From Patescibacteria group bacterium (GTDB lineage Bacteria > Patescibacteriota > Minisyncoccia > Phycocordibacterales > JACOZG01), in NCBI GenBank assembly GCA_038065495.1, contig JBBTQW010000001.1, positions 44,137-108,136 of the forward strand: DNA of 64,000 nt, read 5' to 3'. Made by a program: the position numbers and the translations under genes. Shown here in pieces: positions 10,473 to 20,089 of the stretch. Position 1 is the stretch's first letter; the number at the start of each line of letters is the position of its first letter. The notes beneath the pieces were generated by a model. The model was not told where the DNA came from, searched no databases, and was given only the letters and a program-made list of their open reading frames with translations.

Positions 10473-11599
10473 TATGGTTGGGTATAAAGAACCGCTTTCC
10501 CATTAACGATTTGCTTGACGGTTGGCAGAAGACCAATTGCGTCGCCATTTTCATCGAAACCATAAGTCCCCATTACCCCTTTAAAATCCTTGAGGCTGTG
10601 CAAATAGTCTTTTAGTTTCGAGTTATCCAAACCAACATTATCAATAGCCTGCTTTATCATATAAACAGAATCGTATGTAACAGCGTCAGCAAACTTGATT
10701 GTTGGTGCACGACCATAAAGCGACTCAAATTTATGGAAAAGTTCACTTTTTATTTGATTGTTACCAACATTAGGATCAGCAAAGAAAATCATTCCTTCTG
10801 CTTCGGATATTTCAATGACTTCTTCTAATTCACCAAAATAATTACCGTAAATTGGACCTTTATATCCCAATTGCCGCAATTGTCTTAACGCAGAGATTCC
10901 CCCAAGTGGTGCATTTGGATTCATAACCACTGTTTCTGGTTTTTTGGAAATTACATCAAGGACATAACCCCTAAAATCGGTAGTACCTGGAGGGTAATTT
11001 TCTTCAATGACTTCTCCTTGAAAATATTTTTTAAATGCCTTAAGTAAACCGACTGTAAAATCACTCGTTTCTGTTATGACTGCTACTTTCCCATACTTTT
11101 TATTAATCGTCTCCGCCATAACTCTACCAGTATCATCATCAGAGTAAGAATTACGGAAAATAAATTCTCCAGCACCAGTTAAATCAGGATGCGTAGCCCA
11201 CATCGACATCATCAAAACTTGATTCCTCTCGGCCACCGGTGCTACCGCCAAGGCTTCTTGACCACAAATCACCAACAGAATCTTCACCTTGTTTACCGTA
11301 ATCAATTTTTGCGCCGCAGAGAGTGCATCCTTGGGACCACATTTACCATCCTCGTAAATGATTTCTAAAGCCTGACCATTAACACCTCCGGAAGTGTTTA
11401 TTTCCTCGCGAGCGATTTCCACAACATCCCTCATTTCTTCCCCCCAAGCTGCAGCAAAACCAGACAACGGGCCGATAAAACCAATCTTCACAGTCTCACC
11501 ATTTTTTTCTCCAGAATTCTCACTTTTGCTCGCATAAACAGCGATAAAAATTAGCGCGAGAAGTACGAATAACCAGATTATTTTGTTTTGGGCTTGCAT
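10472..11599 (-). CDS. ABC transporter substrate-binding protein, LivK/Peripla_BP_6 family (paralog 3)
   Basis: 375 aa with VKIGFIGPLSGFAAAWGEEMRDVVEIAREEINTSGGVNGQ. Confidence 0.85.
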   Translation of the reverse strand: MQAQNKIIWLFVLLALIFIAVYASKSENSGEKNGETVKIGFIGPLSGFAAAWGEEMRDVVEIAREEINTSGGVNGQALEIIYEDGKCGPKDALSAAQKLITVNKVKILLVICGQEALAVAPVAERNQVLMMSMWATHPDLTGAGEFIFRNSYSDDDTGRVMAETINKKYGKVAVITETSDFTVGLLKAFKKYFQGEVIEENYPPGTTDFRGYVLDVISKKPETVVMNPNAPLGGISALRQLRQLGYKGPIYGNYFGELEEVIEISEAEGMIFFADPNVGNNQIKSELFHKFESLYGRAPTIKFADAVTYDSVYMIKQAIDNVGLDNSKLKDYLHSLKDFKGVMGTYGFDENGDAIGLLPTVKQIVNGKAVLYTQP

Positions 11600-11611
11600 G
11601 ATTTTATTTTT

Positions 11612-12478
11612 TTATAATTTATATTCCCCTACCAAGCCTTGCGGGCGGTAAAGCATTAGTATAACTAAAATCAGACCATAGACCACCTGCCGCATCTGCG
11701 CCGCGATGTCGCTGGGGAAGCCCACAAAGCGCAATAATTCTGGCAAGAGAATGAGAAACAAAGCGCCGAGTAGCGAGCCACGGAGATTGGCTAAGCCGCC
11801 CAGAATGATAATAGCGAGAATAAAGATAGATTCAAATAGAACGAAACTAGACGGATCAACGAAGGTGATGTAAGAGGCAAAGAGCGAACCAGCCACGGCA
11901 GCCAGCGCGGCTGATAAAACAAAGATTATGAGTTTGTAAAAAGTGGTACGATAGCCAAAAACTTGGAGCGCTTGTTCGTCCTCGCGAATAGCGCGGAGGG
12001 CGCGGCCGAAAGAAGAATTGACGATAAAGCGGCATAAGAAATAAACTAATAACAAAATCGCTAGCACTAATAGCAAAAAGTGAAAGTTGTCAGTCAAGTT
12101 GAGGCCAAAAATCTCCGGACGTCTAATACCGGGGATGCCGAGCGGACCTCTGGTTAGGCTTTGCCAGTTGAGGAAAACCGAATAGATAATAATGTTAAAG
12201 CCAAAAGAGCCGAGCGCGTAATAATCGCCGTGGAAGCGGGACAAAACTAAACCAATTAACAAAGCCAAGACAGAAGTGATGAGCACGCCGAGTAGCAAAG
12301 CCACGAAAAAGTTGAGCCCGGTGCTGGTGAGCAAGATCGCCGTGGCATAGGCGCCCAGACCATAGAACGCCGCATGCGTCACACTTAGCAAGCCGGTGTA
12401 GCCCACCACCAAGTTTAAGCTCAAGCCGAGGATGCCGTAGATGCCAACAAGGATTGCTAAGTGAATTAAGTAAGGCAT
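11612..12478 (-). CDS. livM: branched-chain amino acid ABC transporter permease (LivM-type)
   Basis: 288 aa, polytopic, with the LivM-like GYTGLLSVTHAAFYGLGAY motif. Confidence 0.85.
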   Translation of the reverse strand: MPYLIHLAILVGIYGILGLSLNLVVGYTGLLSVTHAAFYGLGAYATAILLTSTGLNFFVALLLGVLITSVLALLIGLVLSRFHGDYYALGSFGFNIIIYSVFLNWQSLTRGPLGIPGIRRPEIFGLNLTDNFHFLLLVLAILLLVYFLCRFIVNSSFGRALRAIREDEQALQVFGYRTTFYKLIIFVLSAALAAVAGSLFASYITFVDPSSFVLFESIFILAIIILGGLANLRGSLLGALFLILLPELLRFVGFPSDIAAQMRQVVYGLILVILMLYRPQGLVGEYKL

Positions 12479-12490
12479 GATTTTTTACTT

Positions 12491-13351
12491 CTATCTTTTG
12501 AACAAGCCCTGCGGGCGGAAAATTAAGAACACAATTAGTAAAGCAAAAGCGATCGCGTCCTTCCACTCGCCCGAGATCTGCCAAATGCCAAAGTTCTCCA
12601 CCGTGCCAAGCAAGAAGGCGCCCAGCACGCCGCCATAGATATTGCCGATGCCGCCCACAATCGCCGCGATCACGCCCTTGAGCAGCAAGTTGAGCCCCAT
12701 CGTCGGCTCAATGCCAGTGTCGAAGCCCACCAAGACGCCCGCCAAGCCACCAATGGCCGCGGAGAGGAAGAAGACAAAGCTGATGATTTTATCAGTATTA
12801 ATCCCCACCACCCGCGCCACCTCTTCATCATCGCCCACCGCTTTAATTGCCCGGCCAAATCTAGTCCGATTGAGGAAGAACGCTAGCGCGAGCATAATCA
12901 GCAAGCCGCTGGCAAGAATCACCAACTGCACGCCGGTAATCGCGCCGCCAATCACTTCATAAATTTTCCCTTCGCCAGCCGAGAGAGTTTGAAACTGACT
13001 GGAAAACAGGATCGCAATCACGGCTTGGAGAGCTGTGAAAATCCCGAGCGAGGCCACTAGCAAGACCATTGTCGAGGCTTTGCGGCGGCGCAATGGTCGG
13101 TAAACGAAGTAATCTGCTAAGTAACCAACCAAACCGGCAAGTAAAATTGCCAAGACCACGCTCAAGCCCAAGTTCAGACCGATTATTTTATACAACCAAT
13201 ACACGCCATAACCACCGATCGCCATCATCACGCCGTAACTAAGGTCAAAAAACTTGACCGTGCTGTAGATGAGATTAAAGCCAAGCGCGATCATCGTGTA
13301 GATCGCGCCGGCGATAATGCTATTGAGAATGAGTTGCGGCAGGATGCCCAT
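12491..13351 (-). CDS. livH: branched-chain amino acid ABC transporter permease (LivH-type)
   Basis: 286 aa, polytopic BPD_transp_2-like. Confidence 0.85.
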   Translation of the reverse strand: MGILPQLILNSIIAGAIYTMIALGFNLIYSTVKFFDLSYGVMMAIGGYGVYWLYKIIGLNLGLSVVLAILLAGLVGYLADYFVYRPLRRRKASTMVLLVASLGIFTALQAVIAILFSSQFQTLSAGEGKIYEVIGGAITGVQLVILASGLLIMLALAFFLNRTRFGRAIKAVGDDEEVARVVGINTDKIISFVFFLSAAIGGLAGVLVGFDTGIEPTMGLNLLLKGVIAAIVGGIGNIYGGVLGAFLLGTVENFGIWQISGEWKDAIAFALLIVFLIFRPQGLFKR

Positions 13352-13371
13352 TGGGCGAGATTTTTACTTTT

Positions 13372-14544
13372 TTAGCTAGCCAGTTCGGCCTTGCCGTTCT
13401 TGATGACTTTCAACACGTGGCCGCCCACACGATCACCGTCCGCGCCGATCGTTACCAAACCAGAAGCTCCCGGCCAATCTTTGACTGTTCTTACCCAAGT
13501 GGCAATCTTTCCCGCATCAGTCCCGTTTTTGTTAATTCCTTCTGCCAGAATATAGACTAAGTCGTATTGTGCTTGAGCATAGTTACGATAAATCATTTCT
13601 TTGCCGTATTTTTTGAGATAGTCCGCGTCGAGTTTTTGCGATTTCGGCAAGCTCGCTGTCCCTTGTTCGGCAACCAATGCGCCCTCAAGTCTCGTTTTGT
13701 GATTAGTAATCAAGTCAGCATTGCCAGAGACAATGTCGTTTGCCAAGAGTGGCACCGACCACTTGAGATCAGCTAGCTGTTTGAGAATCCGTTCGGCCGT
13801 GCCAGGAGATTGAGGATCGATGAACAAAGCATCAGCATTCGCTGCCCGCAATTTCGTGAGAGTAGAACGAAAGTCAGTGGTAGTGCCTGGATACTCTTCT
13901 TTCGTGATTGTCCCCGCCGTTGCTGGGTAATTAGCTTCGAAAGCACGATAAATACCAAGAGCATAATCCGAGGATTCCTGCAGAACGGCTACCTTTTTCC
14001 AACCATGAGCAATCGCGGCCTCGGCTAGCACCCGACCCTGGCCATTGTCGCTAGCCACAGTCCGGGCGAAAAACAGACTTTTGTTTGTCAAATCAGGACT
14101 AGTGGCTGTGCCAGAAAACACAAAGACTTTCGCTTGCTCGGCAATTGGCAAACCGGCCAGAACGGCGCCAGAACAATCCGAGGCGATCACAATCTTGACG
14201 CCGTCAGCGTTGACTAACTTCTGCATTGCATTAGCACCGCCAGTGCCATTGCATTTCCCGTCTTCGTAAACTAGTTCAAATGTTCGGCCATTAATCACAT
14301 TATTTGTGTTGACTTCTTCCACCGCTAGATCAGTCACATTTTTCACAAACTCTCCCAAAGCTGCGGCGTCGCCAGTTAGTGGCGTAATCACACCAACCTT
14401 AATCGGCCCAGTTTCCACCACCGGAGTGGGAGTTTCTGTAGTAGTGGGTGCGCTAGATTGACTCGCTTTGCCGAGATAGGCCAGACCGATAACCAACAGA
14501 ACCAAGATAATCAAACCAACTATCGCTTTGCCAGTATTGCTCAT
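13372..14544 (-). CDS. ABC transporter substrate-binding protein, LivK/Peripla_BP_6 family (paralog 4), first gene of operon
   Basis: 390 aa with IKVGVITPLTGDAAALGEFVKNVTDLAVEEVNTNNVINGR. Confidence 0.85.
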   Translation of the reverse strand: MSNTGKAIVGLIILVLLVIGLAYLGKASQSSAPTTTETPTPVVETGPIKVGVITPLTGDAAALGEFVKNVTDLAVEEVNTNNVINGRTFELVYEDGKCNGTGGANAMQKLVNADGVKIVIASDCSGAVLAGLPIAEQAKVFVFSGTATSPDLTNKSLFFARTVASDNGQGRVLAEAAIAHGWKKVAVLQESSDYALGIYRAFEANYPATAGTITKEEYPGTTTDFRSTLTKLRAANADALFIDPQSPGTAERILKQLADLKWSVPLLANDIVSGNADLITNHKTRLEGALVAEQGTASLPKSQKLDADYLKKYGKEMIYRNYAQAQYDLVYILAEGINKNGTDAGKIATWVRTVKDWPGASGLVTIGADGDRVGGHVLKVIKNGKAELAS

Positions 14545-14593
14545 GTTATGTATTATTTTAAATTTTTAATTTCTCTATTTTTCACAGTCTTTC

Positions 14594-14627
14594 TGCACAC
14601 TCTATTATTATATCATTTCCTCCAACT
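14594..14627 (-). promoter_or_regulatory. candidate promoter for the liv-type operon (TTGCAA-15-TGaTATAAT, extended -10), overlapping the 3' end of pepF
   Basis: Reverse complement reads ttgcaaagttggaggaaatgaTATAAT. Inferred by eye only. Confidence 0.35.
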
Positions 14628-16392
14628 TTGCAATCTTCGCCTCTATTTCCTTCAAACCGCGCTCAAAAAACGCCGGATTTCTCACGTCTACACCAACTTG
14701 CGCGAAAATATCCTCCGGCGAAGCGCTAGAACCGGCAGATAAAAACTGTCTGATTTTTTCTTCAAACTTATTATTTTCTTGATAGCTGGAATATAAAGCA
14801 TTAGAGACTAATTCGCCGAAAGCGTAAGAATAAACATAGAAAAAATTGCGCAAGTGCGACCATGAGACGAAAAAGTAGCCATCAGCTTCTGTGAGCTTAA
14901 ACACCGGCCCAAGATAAGCGCTCATGTGCTGATTTAACAATTTCGCAATTTTTTCTTTACTCAAGCTCCCCTGTTTTCTGATTTGATTATGCAGATCAAG
15001 CTCAAAGTTGAAGCACGCGATTTGCCGGAAGATGGTCATCACAGAGTCATTAATCCGGTCATGTAAAGCTATTATTTTCTCTTTTTCAGTCAGCAGATTA
15101 AACACTTCGTCAAAGACGAAATTTTCGAATAAAGTGCTGGCCACTTCGGCCGTCGCGATGCTGTGGCCGCGGTAGAGCGGCGGCTGGGCGGCATCGCCCA
15201 GCCTGGCATGCATGGCATGCCCCAGCTCGTGAGCCAAAGTCATCAGTGACTTAAAATCCGACAAGTGATTGAGCAAGACAAAGGTTGGCAAGCCTTCTGT
15301 ACTAGAGCAATAAGCGCCGCCGGTCTTCCCGACTTTCGGAAACACATCAATCTGGCCGTTGGCCAAGAATTCTTCAAAAGCCGTCACATAAATCGGATTA
15401 ACTCGGCCGAAAGCTTTCTTCACAATTTCTACCGCTTGGGCAAAAGTAATTTTCTGCGTGGTCTGGCCTACTGGCGCAGCGCGATCGGCGTAAGTTAGGT
15501 TTTTCAAACCCAACATTTTCGCTTTCGCTTTATAAAATCTGTGGCTGATGTGAAAATTTTTAGTAACCGTTTTGACGAGATTATCCACGGTTTTCTCTTC
15601 ATTCTGATAACCCAGAACCGTGGCCGAGTAAGGTTGCGCATAGCCGCGCAGTTCGTCATTGATTTTTTTGTTTAAAACTATGGCGTTTAGTTCACTCTCG
15701 GCGAAATCAGCGACGCTGGCTAATTTTTGATTTACCAAAGTGTGCAATTCTCGTCGCTCTTTCGTTGCCAAAGATTGGATTTTCCCCATTGCTTCGGCCA
15801 GTGGCAATTTTTTATTTTTCCAGAGAATTTCTTGTTTAGAAACAATTTTGTCGTTCCCGCGCACCCACAGCTCATGGGCTGGCAAACTCTTCAAGTTCAT
15901 GATTTTTTCTTCAGCAACAGAGAGCACATGCTTGGCTTCGCGAAAAGCGCATTGGAGTAAAAAACTATATTTCTGCAACTTAGCGTGCTTAAGAAATTTG
16001 GCCTGCAGTTCTGGTTTAATTTTCGTCAGCGCCACACCAAAGAAGGTGATCTTGTTGCCACTATTGGTGTACCTCTGCCCGAGCAAATTTAGCTTCGCCT
16101 CCACTTTGGCATTTTTACTGTCCAGATCATGTTGATAAGCAAAGTAAGCATAAGGCTTACTAAATGCCTGATCAGATAATTTCTCATAATCTGCGAGCGC
16201 TAGCGCGAGCTTGACCGGATCAGTCAGGTAATCCGTTTTGTTCGCATATTTCTGCGCAAACTTTTCATGTGCTTGTTCCATCTTCTGCAAATCACGTTCT
16301 ATGGCCGAATCAGCGTTATTCCGGTACAGCAAACTAAAATCCCAATCCGTTTTGATTTTACTTGTTTTATTTCCAGTCATAATAATCCGCAA
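14608..16392 (-). CDS. pepF: oligoendopeptidase F (M3 family zinc metallopeptidase)
   Basis: 594 aa with an HELGHAMH zinc-binding HEXXH motif and M3B-like length and architecture. Confidence 0.9.
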   Translation of the reverse strand: MRIIMTGNKTSKIKTDWDFSLLYRNNADSAIERDLQKMEQAHEKFAQKYANKTDYLTDPVKLALALADYEKLSDQAFSKPYAYFAYQHDLDSKNAKVEAKLNLLGQRYTNSGNKITFFGVALTKIKPELQAKFLKHAKLQKYSFLLQCAFREAKHVLSVAEEKIMNLKSLPAHELWVRGNDKIVSKQEILWKNKKLPLAEAMGKIQSLATKERRELHTLVNQKLASVADFAESELNAIVLNKKINDELRGYAQPYSATVLGYQNEEKTVDNLVKTVTKNFHISHRFYKAKAKMLGLKNLTYADRAAPVGQTTQKITFAQAVEIVKKAFGRVNPIYVTAFEEFLANGQIDVFPKVGKTGGAYCSSTEGLPTFVLLNHLSDFKSLMTLAHELGHAMHARLGDAAQPPLYRGHSIATAEVASTLFENFVFDEVFNLLTEKEKIIALHDRINDSVMTIFRQIACFNFELDLHNQIRKQGSLSKEKIAKLLNQHMSAYLGPVFKLTEADGYFFVSWSHLRNFFYVYSYAFGELVSNALYSSYQENNKFEEKIRQFLSAGSSASPEDIFAQVGVDVRNPAFFERGLKEIEAKIAKLEEMI

Positions 16393-16431
16393 TCTAGCAC
16401 AAAAAGGGTAACAAGTCAGCGCTTTCTCGTT

Positions 16432-16674
16432 TTACCGATGAGGACAACCGGCCCAGCAACAAGGTCGGCGTTTACCAGCGATCAGCTCTGCGCGCGTTCT
16501 GGTAATTCGGTGCGTTCTGGTTTCTACTTTTTTCGCCGATTCAATCCAACAAATCCACTCATTGCGCGCAAGTGGTGTGATGCTTTCCCAAGCTGTCAGA
16601 GCTCTTGGCGCGGTAGCAAGCTCTTGGCGCAAATCTGACAACATTTTGTGTGGGAGTGGTTTGGCGGTTTTCAT
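16432..16674 (-). CDS. YdeI/OmpD-associated (bacteriocin-protection-like) family small protein
   Basis: 80 aa. WESITPLARNEWICWIESAKKVETRTHRITRTRAELIAGKRRP matches the conserved core of the YdeI/OmdA family as I remember it. Confidence 0.55.
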   Translation of the reverse strand: MKTAKPLPHKMLSDLRQELATAPRALTAWESITPLARNEWICWIESAKKVETRTHRITRTRAELIAGKRRPCCWAGCPHR

Positions 16675-16750
16675 GTGCTGCTATTTTAGCATTTTTTGAG
16701 CCTCGTAAAGTCCTTTTCTTTACCAGATTTATCATATAGTATGTGAGCAT

Positions 16751-16821
16751 TGCCGGCTCGTCTAATGGTAGGACGACTGCCTCTGGAGCAGTTAATTGGG
16801 GTTCGAGTCCCTGGCCGGCAG
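16751..16821 (+). tRNA. tRNA-Gln (anticodon CTG)
   Basis: Acceptor TGCCGGC/GCCGGCA, 3-bp D-stem (Gln-like), anticodon stem ACTGC/GCAGT with loop CTCTGGA, T-loop TTCGAGT. No encoded CCA. Confidence 0.85.
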
Positions 16822-16825
16822 CAGT

Positions 16826-17470
16826 ATGGGACAAAAAAACTACGATTGGGCCAAAACTCCGAGTCTAGCAATATTCATTGTGTATGTAACTGGGTTTTTA
16901 GTTTGGAATATGTATTTAGCTCATTTTGCCTTTTTCGAATACGACCTACTTCAAACTAGATTTATTTCTGCAGGGATATTAACGCTCTTTCTGCCAGCAA
17001 TTTTAATCCTATGGAAAGAAAAAAATGAGTGGCTTTTTTCTAAAAGAGACCGACTTGTAAAGTTTGTTTTGTACGCGATATGGATAGTATTTTTTGGTGG
17101 TTTAATCTTCCCCCACATACCACAACACCTAGGTGGTAGCAAACCGAAAATATCAAGCGTAGTGGCGTCTACAAGCACTCTGGAAAATCTTAGTATAATG
17201 GGTGTAACCCTGGCTGATGCCGGAGAAGGAAAACAACGAGTTCAGACTATTCCGATGTGTAAAATATACCAGAACAGAGACTCTGTAATTTTTGGCGTTG
17301 TAAGAGACACAGGGAGTGAGATCATCTCCAACAGAGTTTTAATCTTAAATAAAGTTCAAGTCGAGGCAGAATCTGTAACACCCGATGATCCCCAACAATA
17401 CACCCAGATATGCAGGTTAATTAGAGAGGTATATGGAATCAAAGAAGGAGTAGTAACTGAAACCCGGTAG
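16826..17470 (+). CDS. hypothetical polytopic membrane protein
   Basis: The ORF-track entry starts at 16796 inside the tRNA. The first ATG after the tRNA is 16826 (MGQKNYDW...). Several hydrophobic helices, AT-rich, no recognisable domain. Confidence 0.5.
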   Translation: MGQKNYDWAKTPSLAIFIVYVTGFLVWNMYLAHFAFFEYDLLQTRFISAGILTLFLPAILILWKEKNEWLFSKRDRLVKFVLYAIWIVFFGGLIFPHIPQHLGGSKPKISSVVASTSTLENLSIMGVTLADAGEGKQRVQTIPMCKIYQNRDSVIFGVVRDTGSEIISNRVLILNKVQVEAESVTPDDPQQYTQICRLIREVYGIKEGVVTETR

Positions 17471-17585
17471 AAAACTATCGCTTCTTAAAGTCTTCGCCAG
17501 CGGCGGAATAATATGCTAAATTAACAGAGTTAGTGAAGAAATTATTAAAATAAAAATAAAAGTTAGCTAAAATAAAAAAAATAAC

Positions 17586-18203
17586 ATGATGAAACAAGAA
17601 CAAACACAACGCGGTTTTATTTTCCCACTTGTGATCGTAATCGTCGCGGCTCTCGCCATTGGCGGCGGCGTTTATTACTCTAAACAGAAACAGAACGCCA
17701 ACCCAGCAAGTACTGAAACAGCAACAACTGAAACTACAACCACCACCGAGACCAGCACGGCGACGAGCAATACGAGTGATGGTACTAATGTCAGCAACAA
17801 TGGCACTAATGGCACACTCCGCCAACTCTTGGCCCTTAGCGGCGACTGGACCTGCACGGTGGAGAATAAAACTCCAGGCGCGGAATCAACCGGCACGGTT
17901 TATCTCTCCGGCCAGATGATGCGCGGCGACTTTATGCTCCAGAATCAAGCCACGAGCGAAGCGCACATGATCAAGACCGGCAATGATATGTATGTGTGGA
18001 ACGGCGCGCAAGGCGCCAAAATGAGCATGGATATGACCACGCAAGCTGGTAATACACAGACAAAAAGCAACAACAGCGTGGATCTGGATCAGAAAGTGGA
18101 TTACCAGTGCCAGAGCTGGACCAAAGATGAGAGTAAATTTGCCGTACCAAGTGGCGTCAGCTTTATTGATCTCGCGGCAATGTTGAAACTAAAAGCTTAC
18201 TAA
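17586..18203 (+). CDS. secreted/anchored Thr/Ser-rich low-complexity protein, hypothetical
   Basis: 205 aa with an N-terminal hydrophobic anchor (FIFPLVIVIVAALAIGGG), then TETATTETTTTTETSTATSNTS low complexity and a Cys-containing C-terminal domain. Confidence 0.55.
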   Translation: MMKQEQTQRGFIFPLVIVIVAALAIGGGVYYSKQKQNANPASTETATTETTTTTETSTATSNTSDGTNVSNNGTNGTLRQLLALSGDWTCTVENKTPGAESTGTVYLSGQMMRGDFMLQNQATSEAHMIKTGNDMYVWNGAQGAKMSMDMTTQAGNTQTKSNNSVDLDQKVDYQCQSWTKDESKFAVPSGVSFIDLAAMLKLKAY

Positions 18204-18212
18204 AAATAAAAA

Positions 18213-19250
18213 CTAAACTGGTTTTGCTAGTTTAACCAGCGCCAGTTCCAGAGGTAAGAGAGAAACCGCCGCTTTGGCGGTTTCTGTATGTGCCGCGAGC
18301 AGTTCCCGCAGAATTTCTGGCAAGCGGCTAGCGTTCTCGTGTTCACTTAATTTTTTAATACTATTTATTTCATCAGCGCTCAAACCGGCCAACCAAATTG
18401 TTTGCGAATTTTTGTCATCAAGTCTAACTAACAAAGCGAGACGCAACTGGCGCAATAATAATTTAATCAGCGTCTGCGCGGAATAACTACGCGAGTTACT
18501 CGCTTGCACTTGCTCTAGGGCCACACTCAAATTATTTTCCAGAATCGCTTGCGCGAGCCTGCGGACGAGAACAGCCGCGGGTGCGCCAGTCACCAGTTCG
18601 GCCTCGGCCAGCGTGATTTTGTGATCGCTTGAAGCGCTCATCGCTTGTTGGAGCAAGCCGGTCACGTCGCGGAAGGAGCCATCGCCGAGCAAAGCGATTA
18701 ACTCGCCCGCATCTTTGTCTAATTTAAATTTTTCTTGTTTGGCAATATGTTGCAAGAGATCTTGCAAAGCCGGCTGGCTGGGCTTCTGGAAGGCAAAAGT
18801 CTGACAACGAGAAATGATCGTCTCCGGTACGCGTTCGAGTTCTGTCGTCGCCAAGATAAACACCACATGACTTGGCGGCTCTTCCAGAATTTTCAAGAGT
18901 GCGTTGAACGCCTCTTTCGTCAGCATATGCACTTCGTCAATAATGTAGACTTTCCGCGGCGAGCGAAACGGCAGTGTGCCTACTGCCTCGCGCAAAGCTC
19001 TAATCTCATCAATTCCCCGATTAGAAGCGCCGTCAATTTCGTACAAATCTTCTGGCTGGGTTTCCAGTTCTCTGGCCAAAATTCTAGCCACGCTGGTCTT
19101 GCCCGTGCCGCGCGAGCCGGCAAAGAGGTAAGCATGCGCGATATTGCCGAGCTTGAGCGCGCCGGAGAGCACTTGCACCACGCTCTCTTGCCCGATCACT
19201 TCGCTAAATTTACTTGGCCGATATTTGCGATACAGTGCGAGTTCAGACAT
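18213..19250 (-). CDS. dnaX: DNA polymerase III subunit gamma/tau, short form
   Basis: 345 aa with YRKYRPSKFSEVIGQESVV...AHAYLFAGSRGTGKTSVARILA (Walker A), a DEVHML box and SRCQ sensor. Confidence 0.85.
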   Translation of the reverse strand: MSELALYRKYRPSKFSEVIGQESVVQVLSGALKLGNIAHAYLFAGSRGTGKTSVARILARELETQPEDLYEIDGASNRGIDEIRALREAVGTLPFRSPRKVYIIDEVHMLTKEAFNALLKILEEPPSHVVFILATTELERVPETIISRCQTFAFQKPSQPALQDLLQHIAKQEKFKLDKDAGELIALLGDGSFRDVTGLLQQAMSASSDHKITLAEAELVTGAPAAVLVRRLAQAILENNLSVALEQVQASNSRSYSAQTLIKLLLRQLRLALLVRLDDKNSQTIWLAGLSADEINSIKKLSEHENASRLPEILRELLAAHTETAKAAVSLLPLELALVKLAKPV

Positions 19251-19284
19251 GAATATTAGCGCATTATAACGGAATTTTGAGCAA

Positions 19285-19321
19285 GAAAAAAGGGCCCCAA
19301 CATCACAATGATGAGGGGCCC
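19285..19321 (-). terminator. Rho-independent terminator (GGGCCCC...GGGGCCC hairpin plus T-run on minus strand)
   Basis: Plus strand reads aaaaaaGGGCCCCaacatcacaatgatgaGGGGCCC. It terminates the minus-strand gene 19360..19593. Confidence 0.6.
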
Positions 19322-19359
19322 GGAAAGTACTCCATTTTCTAGCTTCGGGCTGCTGGCCG

Positions 19360-19593
19360 TTAGCTGAAGGTCATACCAGATTTGTTGTTGCTACCGAACG
19401 CGAAAGCGAGCGCGCTGGCGACGAGAGAGTTGATCTGCGCGGTGATCCTCTTCTTCAGGTGGTTGGTAGCGCGGCTGGTGGGATCGTTGTTGTGTCGCGT
19501 AATCAATTTGTTCACGATGAATCCTCCAAAAAATGGAGACCACTTGGCGAAGCAGTTCTCTCTGGCAAACGAGCCAGAAACTGGATCAAACAT
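19360..19593 (-). CDS. small hypothetical protein (77 aa), weakly supported
   Basis: ORF flanked by two terminators with a weak upstream promoter-like element (TTGGCA-14-TATATT) but no SD. The C-terminus is hydrophobic. Confidence 0.35.
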   Translation of the reverse strand: MFDPVSGSFARENCFAKWSPFFGGFIVNKLITRHNNDPTSRATNHLKKRITAQINSLVASALAFAFGSNNKSGMTFS

Positions 19594-19669
19594 AAAGAAC
19601 TGCGGCCACGTTTAATATAGCACAAAACTATTCTGCCAAGCCAGAGTTATCCACAGTGGATTTTTAAGC

Positions 19670-19706
19670 AAAAAAAAATGCCCCCGAACAACAGCTGTTC
19701 GGGGGC
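19670..19706 (-). terminator. Rho-independent terminator (GCCCCCGAACA...TGTTCGGGGGC plus T9 on minus strand)
   Basis: Plus strand reads aaaaaaaaatGCCCCCGAACAacagcTGTTCGGGGGC. It ends the transcript started at promoter P2. Confidence 0.65.
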
Positions 19707-19876
19707 AGAAGGGATCATGTTTTGGCATCTGTTATCTTTGGGCCATCCTAGGGACAGCTTGCAGAGCGTGTCAGGCTCAATGATGCTCAACGATTGAATC
19801 CTTTCAATGGTTGGTCTCTACATTGTTTAGTGGCCGGCCACACAGTGTGGCCGGGTCGCTGCGCCGCCGAGGTTGA

Positions 19877-19990
19877 TCAGCTGCTGGCGTCGTCGCCGTC
19901 GTGCATCGTGATGTCGTGAGAACTCTGATAACAATTACGATGGGTGTTGACCGTGGCGAAATTGCCACCATAGTGATTCCGGACGAGCAT
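19877..19990 (-). CDS. candidate 37-aa peptide (MLVRNHYGGNFATVNTHRNCYQSSHDITMHDGDDASS) on a promoter-to-terminator transcript of about 400 nt; could instead be a non-coding sRNA
   Basis: ATG at 19990 is preceded by AAAGGAGCCTCAA (strong SD, 7-nt spacer). Promoter P2 lies upstream and the terminator at 19670-19706 downstream. The longer track ORF 19877..20080 would need a GTG start without an SD. Confidence 0.35.
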   Translation of the reverse strand: MLVRNHYGGNFATVNTHRNCYQSSHDITMHDGDDASS

Positions 19991-20089
19991 TTGAGGCTCC
20001 TTTGGTCCAAAACGTGGACCGGTAGAAAGAACTTGTCCCCTGTGACTGCGTGTGTCTCTCAAGACAACTCCTCCAATCACTCTACCCCC

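Noticed and set aside
16796-16825. Upstream extension of the 16796..17470 ORF
   Set aside because: It overlaps tRNA-Gln. The first ATG after the tRNA (16826) is taken as the start.
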